Origin: Porphyromonadaceae bacterium UBA2720
GTDB lineage: Bacteria; Bacteroidota; Bacteroidia; Bacteroidales; Muribaculaceae
Assembly: GCA_002353885.1 (NCBI GenBank)
Contig: DEKO01000147.1
Location: forward strand, 4,443 to 68,442
Direction of reading: 5' to 3'
Length of the DNA: 64,000 nucleotides
Within the stretch, counting starts at the first letter, position 1, and each line of letters starts with the position of its first letter. Both the position numbers and the translations under genes were made by a program. Below are positions 58,309 to 64,000 of the stretch, one piece after another. The notes below the pieces were generated by a model. The model was not told where the DNA came from. It made no database searches and was given only the letters and a program-made list of their open reading frames with translations.

Positions 58309-59157
58309 ATGAAATACTATATCGTCGACGCATTCACTGACCAGCCCTTCGGGGGCAACCCTGCGGGAGTGGTGCTGCTGGAGCAGGGTGGGGCCTTCCC
58401 GAGCGATGATCTCATGCAGCACATCGCTGCCGAGTTGCGCTACAGCGAGACCGCATTTGTGCAGCAGAACGGCCCTGCAGAGTTCACCGTGCGCTACTTC
58501 ACTCCGTGTGCCGAGGTCGACCTGTGCGGTCACGCCACTATCGCTACCTTTGGCACACTAGTGCGCGAGGGCATCGTGCCCGCAGGCACCCTATGCGTCA
58601 ATCACACCCTTGCCGGCGACCTGCAGGTCATGGCCGACGTGCAGGTGATGATGCAGATGGCCCCGGCCCGGGTCATCGACCGCCACATCGACGTTGAGCG
58701 TCTGCACCACATCATGGCAGGCGAACAGCTGTCGCAATGGCCGCAATGGCCTGTCGAGATCGTTACCACAGGTTTGCCCGACATCATCATGCCAGTGGCC
58801 AGTGTCGAGGCCCTGCACGCGCTACGGCCCGACATGGACGCACTGGCGCAGCTCAGTCGCGAGCTCGAGGTCACTGGTGTGCATGCCGTGGCCATGGCTA
58901 GCGACGACTATACAGCCCACGTTCGCAACTTCGGCCCCCTCTACGGTGTGCCCGAGGAGAGCGCCACCGGCACAGCTAATGCCGCGCTCACCCACTGGTT
59001 GCAGCGCCGCGGGTTCATCCAGCCTGGCGACAGTTGTCGTTTTGTCCAGGGCGAGGCCATGCAGCGTCCATCGGTCGTGGCCACCACTCTGCAGCCTGAC
59101 GGCACCATCTGGGTGGGTGGCACCTGTTTCATCGTCGCCCGTGGAGTGTTTTTTTGA
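58309..59157 (+). CDS. PhzF family isomerase
   Basis: VDAFT...GGNPAGV, SETAF, EVDLCGHAT, EESATG. Confidence 0.92.
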   Translation: MKYYIVDAFTDQPFGGNPAGVVLLEQGGAFPSDDLMQHIAAELRYSETAFVQQNGPAEFTVRYFTPCAEVDLCGHATIATFGTLVREGIVPAGTLCVNHTLAGDLQVMADVQVMMQMAPARVIDRHIDVERLHHIMAGEQLSQWPQWPVEIVTTGLPDIIMPVASVEALHALRPDMDALAQLSRELEVTGVHAVAMASDDYTAHVRNFGPLYGVPEESATGTANAALTHWLQRRGFIQPGDSCRFVQGEAMQRPSVVATTLQPDGTIWVGGTCFIVARGVFF

Positions 59158-59211
59158 ACCGCGAATGTCGTTTAATCATTCTCAATTCTCAATAAAAGAA
59201 AAAGAAGCATC

Positions 59212-60765
59212 ATGCTAGCACGAACCATCGCAGCCGCTGTGACAGGCATCGACGCCATCAAGGTCGACATCGAGGTGTCAGTCGACTGGGGGTCGGGCTT
59301 CGTCATCGTCGGTCTGCCCGACACCGCCGTCAAGGAAAGCTGTGAGCGTGTGCGTTGCGCCATCCAGCAGGCAGGATATGATTTTCCCAACAAGAACGTT
59401 GTGATCAACCTCTCGCCCGCCGACATCAAGAAGGAGGGTTCGGCCTACGACCTGCCGCTGGCCATCGGCATCCTTGCCGCCGACGAGAAGATCAACATCG
59501 ACCGCTTGGGCCGCTATATGCTCATGGGCGAGCTCTCGCTCGATGGTACCCTGCGCACCGTCAAGGGTGCACTGCCCATGGCTATCATAGCCCGACAGAT
59601 GCAGCTCGATGGCTTCATCCTGCCGCGTGCCAACGCATTGGAGGCAGCAGTGGTTAATAACCTGAATATCTATGGTGTCGACAACATTCAGCAGGTCATA
59701 GCTTTCCTCAATGGCGACCTGCAACTCGACCCCACGCTGGTAGACACCCGCGCCGAGTTTGCCCGTGCGCAGGGGCAGTTTGCCTACGACTTTGCCGATG
59801 TCAAGGGGCAGGAGAATGTCAAACGCGCCTTTGAGGTGGCGTGTGCTGGTGGTCACAACATCCTGCTCGTGGGCAGCCCAGGTTCAGGCAAGTCGATGAT
59901 GGCTAAGCGGTTGCCCAGCATCCTGCCGCCGCTCACCCTGAGCGAGGCTCTCGAGACTACCAAGATACATAGCGTGGCGGGCAAGCTGCCCACAGGCACC
60001 ACGCTGATGACTCAGCGCCCCTTCCGATCGCCCCACCACACCATCTCGCCCGTTGCCCTGGTGGGAGGCGGCTCCTATCCCACACCGGGAGAGATCTCGC
60101 TGGCGCACAATGGTGTCCTTTTTCTTGACGAGTTACCCGAGTTCCCGCGGTCGGTGCTGGAGGTAATGCGTCAGCCGCTGGAAGACCGTGTCATCAGCAT
60201 CAGCCGAGCTCGCTATGCCACCGAGTATCCAGCTTCGTTCATGCTTGTGGCTTCGATGAACCCCTGCCCTTGCGGCTACTTTGGCCACCCCAAGAAGCAA
60301 TGCATCTGCACCGACTACCAGCGCTCACACTATATGAGCAAAATCAGCGGTCCGCTGCTTGACCGCATCGATCTGCAGATTGAGGTTCAGCCGGTCGACT
60401 TCGACCAGATGTCGTCGCAACAGCCCGGAGAGTCGAGTGCTGCCATTCGCCAGCGTGTCATCGCTGCGCGCAACATTCAGGCCGAGCGTTTCAAGGGCGA
60501 GAAGGGCATCTACTGCAACGCCCAGATGACCAGTTCGCTGCTGCACCGTTATGCCGAGCCCGATGCTGCCGGCCTCGAGAAGTTGCGTGATGCCATGGAG
60601 CGGATGAACATGAGCGCCCGTGCCTACGACCGCATCCTCAAGGTTGCGCGCACCATCGCCGACCTTGAGCAGAGTCGCAACGTGCTTGGGCACCATATCA
60701 TGGAGGCCATCGGCTACCGCAACCTCGACCGCACGGGCTACTTCACCACCCAGTCCCTGCTGTGA
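59212..60765 (+). CDS. YifB/ComM family Mg-chelatase-like AAA+ ATPase
   Basis: VGLPD, GSPGSGKS, PFRSPHHT, LFLDELPEF, NPCPCG, LLDRID. Confidence 0.93.
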   Translation: MLARTIAAAVTGIDAIKVDIEVSVDWGSGFVIVGLPDTAVKESCERVRCAIQQAGYDFPNKNVVINLSPADIKKEGSAYDLPLAIGILAADEKINIDRLGRYMLMGELSLDGTLRTVKGALPMAIIARQMQLDGFILPRANALEAAVVNNLNIYGVDNIQQVIAFLNGDLQLDPTLVDTRAEFARAQGQFAYDFADVKGQENVKRAFEVACAGGHNILLVGSPGSGKSMMAKRLPSILPPLTLSEALETTKIHSVAGKLPTGTTLMTQRPFRSPHHTISPVALVGGGSYPTPGEISLAHNGVLFLDELPEFPRSVLEVMRQPLEDRVISISRARYATEYPASFMLVASMNPCPCGYFGHPKKQCICTDYQRSHYMSKISGPLLDRIDLQIEVQPVDFDQMSSQQPGESSAAIRQRVIAARNIQAERFKGEKGIYCNAQMTSSLLHRYAEPDAAGLEKLRDAMERMNMSARAYDRILKVARTIADLEQSRNVLGHHIMEAIGYRNLDRTGYFTTQSLL

Positions 60766-60886
60766 CACCCGAGCGTGCGATGTTGGCAAAGGTTGACGAC
60801 AGAGTGCTAGACCCAGCTGTTCCGCCTCTTTAAGCACTAACGTGCAAAAAACAATGTAAAACGCTTGGAATCTAAAAAATAATCAC

Positions 60887-60894
60887 TATATTTG
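60887..60894 (+). promoter_or_regulatory. -7 box TATATTTG for the lemA operon
   Basis: Consensus match 41 nt upstream of the ATG. Confidence 0.65.
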
Positions 60895-60935
60895 CAATTT
60901 GAAAACTATTCATTCACCTAAACAACTGCAACACT

Positions 60936-61508
60936 ATGGTTACCGCATTAGTTATTTTGTTGGGACTGGTTATCTTTATTGTGATAGTCTGTGCCCTTTA
61001 TATGTTCAGCACCCAGCGCTCGCTGGTGACGCTTGACGAGAACTGTAAGAATGCCTTGAGCCAAATCGAAGTGCAACTCAACAGCCGTTGGGACGCCCTG
61101 CTGGCGATGGCCAAAACCGCCAGCGCATACGCCAAGCACGAGAGCGAGACACTGATCAATGTCATCGCCCAGCGCCGCCAGACCAACATCACCACCGCGG
61201 CCGATGTCAATGCCCAGGAGGGCGAGCTGAGCAGCGTGTTCTCGCGCCTGATGGCTATCAGCGAGGCCTATCCCAACCTCAAGGCCGACGGCATGTTCCT
61301 CAAGACGATGGACTCGATCCGCGGCTATGAGGAGAATGTGCGCATGAGCCGCATGGTCTATAACGACTCGGCCACCAAGATGAACCGCGCCGTGCGCCAG
61401 TGGCCCAGTTCGTTTGTGGCCAGCATGCTGCACTTCGGCGAGCGCGAGTATCTCACTGTCGACGACCAGCAGAAGAAGTCGATGCCCGACCTGTTCCCCA
61501 ACACTTGA
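60936..61508 (+). CDS. lemA: LemA family protein
   Basis: N-terminal TM, EAYPNLKAD, YND..WPS motifs. Confidence 0.9.
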   Translation: MVTALVILLGLVIFIVIVCALYMFSTQRSLVTLDENCKNALSQIEVQLNSRWDALLAMAKTASAYAKHESETLINVIAQRRQTNITTAADVNAQEGELSSVFSRLMAISEAYPNLKADGMFLKTMDSIRGYEENVRMSRMVYNDSATKMNRAVRQWPSSFVASMLHFGEREYLTVDDQQKKSMPDLFPNT

Positions 61509-61512
61509 AGCG

Positions 61513-62403
61513 ATGGTACGTCATGACATCAGGCAGCTGTTGCTGGCTTGCCTGCTGCTGTTGACTGCATCCTGGGCACGTGCCGAGGATGCACTGATGA
61601 AGAGTTTTGCCATCGATGTGGTGCTCCATGCCGATGGCAGTGCCCGCATCACTGAGGTGTGGAATGTGGATGTGAACACTGATCGGTTCAGCGAGTTTTA
61701 CAACTCCTACTACAACCACTACTTTGGTCGCATCACTGACGTGAGTGTCAGTGATGGTGCCACGATGCTCACCACCGATGATTACTGGGACCCTGGTGCC
61801 ACCGTCGATGAGAAGGTGGGGCATTGTGGACTGGTAGCTACCGATGATGGTGATTTCCAGATTTGCTGGGGTGTGGGGCAACCAGGGCATCACCGCTACA
61901 TGTTGCGTTACACAGCCACTGCGGTTGTGCAGCCCTACAGTGATAGCCTGGTGTTGATGAATGTGCCGCTGCTCATCACCAGCACGGTATTGCCCTGTCA
62001 GGCTGCTAGTGCCACAATCACGAGGGGCGACAGTGCGTTCACCAGCGACGACATTGTCAGCCTTGAGGTCAAGGGCGCAGCCCGTGGAGGCTTCAGCAAT
62101 GGTCGCATCGAGGTTCAGTCGACCCGCACCATGTCGGAAGGTGACCATATGATTGTGCAGATACTGTTTCGTGCGTCGGCCTTTGGCGAGCTGAGCACGA
62201 CAGGATTGAGCACTGAGATCGGTGCCGACGAGTTGTCGAGCCCGATGATGCGTGACAGCCAGCCCGGGCGCTACGAGCAGTCGTGGTGGGGCAAAGTTCT
62301 GGACTTCTATGACGAGTGGCCCATCGCCACGCTGATGTGCATCCTGGCAGCACTGCTGGGGTTGTTTTATTTGGTCAAAAAACTAGTTATTGCACTGTTA
62401 TGA
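61513..62403 (+). CDS. Short DUF2207-like protein (extracytoplasmic domain plus single C-terminal TM)
   Basis: Signal peptide, IDVVL..DGSARITE, ICWG; ATG at 61513. Confidence 0.7.
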   Translation: MVRHDIRQLLLACLLLLTASWARAEDALMKSFAIDVVLHADGSARITEVWNVDVNTDRFSEFYNSYYNHYFGRITDVSVSDGATMLTTDDYWDPGATVDEKVGHCGLVATDDGDFQICWGVGQPGHHRYMLRYTATAVVQPYSDSLVLMNVPLLITSTVLPCQAASATITRGDSAFTSDDIVSLEVKGAARGGFSNGRIEVQSTRTMSEGDHMIVQILFRASAFGELSTTGLSTEIGADELSSPMMRDSQPGRYEQSWWGKVLDFYDEWPIATLMCILAALLGLFYLVKKLVIALL

Positions 62404-64000
62404 GACACACAACACATCTGCTGCGGGTGCTGCTGGCAGCACTGGCTGCCGTGGTGGCTGGCCTGATGCAGGCTCACGTTGTCGATGACGTGGAGATGCG
62501 AGTGGTGGTCAATGACCTGGGCAATGCCCGCGTGGTCGAGGTCAGGCAGTGTGACATGGGCAGCAGCGGTACAGAGGGCTTCATCAAGCAGTACAATCTG
62601 CATGGCATGGGAGTAGGTGAGCTGGCTGTGAGCGATGAGACGGGTGTGCAATATGATGTGGACACGCCCTGGGATGTCGAACGCTCGCGCACTGAGAAAA
62701 CCAACCGTTGCGGCATCGTCCGGGTGACGGAGGGCTATGAACTGTGCTGGGGCATCGGTGCCAGCGGGCGGCGCACCTACAATATTCACTACACACTCAC
62801 GCGGCTGGTCAATAGCTTTGACGACTGCGATGGTTTTATCTTCCGCTTCTACGAGCCCGACGAGAGTGCTCCTGCACAGCATGCCCGCATTGTCATCGAG
62901 CGCGAGAGTGGCGAGTTCACAAGCGAGAATACACGCATCTGGGGCTTCCGCTACCACGGCAGCATCCATCTGTTGGACGGGAAAATTGTGGCCGAGACCA
63001 GCGAGCCGTTCCGCTCGTCGGACGAAGGCATGGTCATCATGGCTCAGTTTGACAAGGGTGTATTCCACCCGGTCACCACCCGCAAGGGCACATTTCTTGA
63101 CAAGGTCAAGAAGCCTGCATTTGAGGGCAGTGACTACCAACTGAGCGAGCAGGAGCAGAACAGCCGAGGCGTGTCGTCGCTCAAGGGCAACGGATATGAT
63201 GGTGGTCAGGGCAGCTTCTGGCAAGAGCTATGGGCCCCCTTCGGCGAGTTGATTGAGATAGGTTTGTGGATATTGATTCCCATTGTGTTTATTTACCAAC
63301 TGTTCAGTGTGAGCAGCACAATCAAGACAACGCATCAGAATGTGCGCCTGTTCGGCAACAAGCAGGGCGAGATGACACAGTGGAGCCGCGACATTCCCTT
63401 CGGTGGCGACCTGTACAAGACGAGCCAGGTGCTGCATGCCAACAACAGCCGTGATGTCAATAACAAGAACCAGATTGCTGCCTTGGTGATGCGCATGACC
63501 CACATGGGGCTCATCGTGTTGCGGCCACATGTCAACGACAAGGGAGAGCAGGTGGGAGAGTTTCTGGTGACGCCACCCTTGGGGTTGAATGGCAACAAAG
63601 ACCCTCAAGCTGTCCTCATCTACCTCATCCACAAGCAGATGTGGGAGGCCTCCGGTGCCGACCACGTGCTTCAACCCAAGGAGATGAACACCTACATGCG
63701 TGCCCGTCCGGTTGAGCACCGCGTGGTGGTGCGTCGCATCACCGAACTGTTGGGTGCCAGCGGACGCTCGCGCAGGAGCCTTCAGCCCGACGAAGTACTG
63801 CAGGTCTATGGTCTGAAGAAGTATCTGCAAGAGTTCACCCTGCTTGAGGAACGCCACGTGCTGGAGGTGGGGCTGTGGAAAGAGTATATGGTGTTTGCCA
63901 CCCTCTATGGCATCGCCAAGCAAGTGTTCAAGGACTTGAAAAAGATCTGGCCCGACTACACCACCCTGGCCCCCGATGAGAGTCTGCTCATGGACACCGA
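62400..64000 (+). CDS. DUF2207 family membrane protein (partial, runs off the window end)
   Basis: Not in the ORF track (no stop in window); ATG 62400 overlaps the upstream TGA; ELCWG, IWGF and GLKKYLQEF..LWKEYMVFATLYGI motifs. Confidence 0.85.
   Translation, partial: MRHTTHLLRVLLAALAAVVAGLMQAHVVDDVEMRVVVNDLGNARVVEVRQCDMGSSGTEGFIKQYNLHGMGVGELAVSDETGVQYDVDTPWDVERSRTEKTNRCGIVRVTEGYELCWGIGASGRRTYNIHYTLTRLVNSFDDCDGFIFRFYEPDESAPAQHARIVIERESGEFTSENTRIWGFRYHGSIHLLDGKIVAETSEPFRSSDEGMVIMAQFDKGVFHPVTTRKGTFLDKVKKPAFEGSDYQLSEQEQNSRGVSSLKGNGYDGGQGSFWQELWAPFGELIEIGLWILIPIVFIYQLFSVSSTIKTTHQNVRLFGNKQGEMTQWSRDIPFGGDLYKTSQVLHANNSRDVNNKNQIAALVMRMTHMGLIVLRPHVNDKGEQVGEFLVTPPLGLNGNKDPQAVLIYLIHKQMWEASGADHVLQPKEMNTYMRARPVEHRVVVRRITELLGASGRSRRSLQPDEVLQVYGLKKYLQEFTLLEERHVLEVGLWKEYMVFATLYGIAKQVFKDLKKIWPDYTTLAPDESLLMDT

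Overview
Core-genome region of a Bacteroidales bacterium (Muribaculaceae/Prevotella-like; GC-rich CDS, AT-rich intergenic DNA, TAnnTTTG -7 promoter boxes). It contains a secG/lptE/sigma54-activator operon, the dcw cluster (rsmH-ftsL-ftsI-murE-mraY-murD-ftsW-murG-murC-ftsQ-ftsA-ftsZ, no mraZ), adk, hpt, nnr, pepD, an ABC-2 transporter, prolyl oligopeptidase, pheT, NhaC, folA, uridine kinase, a GH3 enzyme, an S24 repressor, leuS, rdgB, hutH/hutI, glsA, reverse rubrerythrin, a YifB/ComM ATPase and lemA-DUF2207. I saw no rRNA, tRNA, CRISPR array or transposase. The most unusual signal is between the genes. Most dcw junctions, and many others, carry strand-polarised 7/8/9-nt periodic tracts or inverted repeats. 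At two junctions these form arms around a small AT-rich cargo gene: a broken four-helix-bundle (TIGR02436-like) gene at murG/murC and an intact GxxExxY nuclease-fold gene at murC/ftsQ. Other junctions hold cargo-free arm pairs or single arms, which suggests filled, empty and decayed states of repeat-armed cassettes. A 171-bp MITE with a TAA target duplication and several REP-like palindromes are also present. Family assignments come from recognising motifs by eye; no database searches were run.
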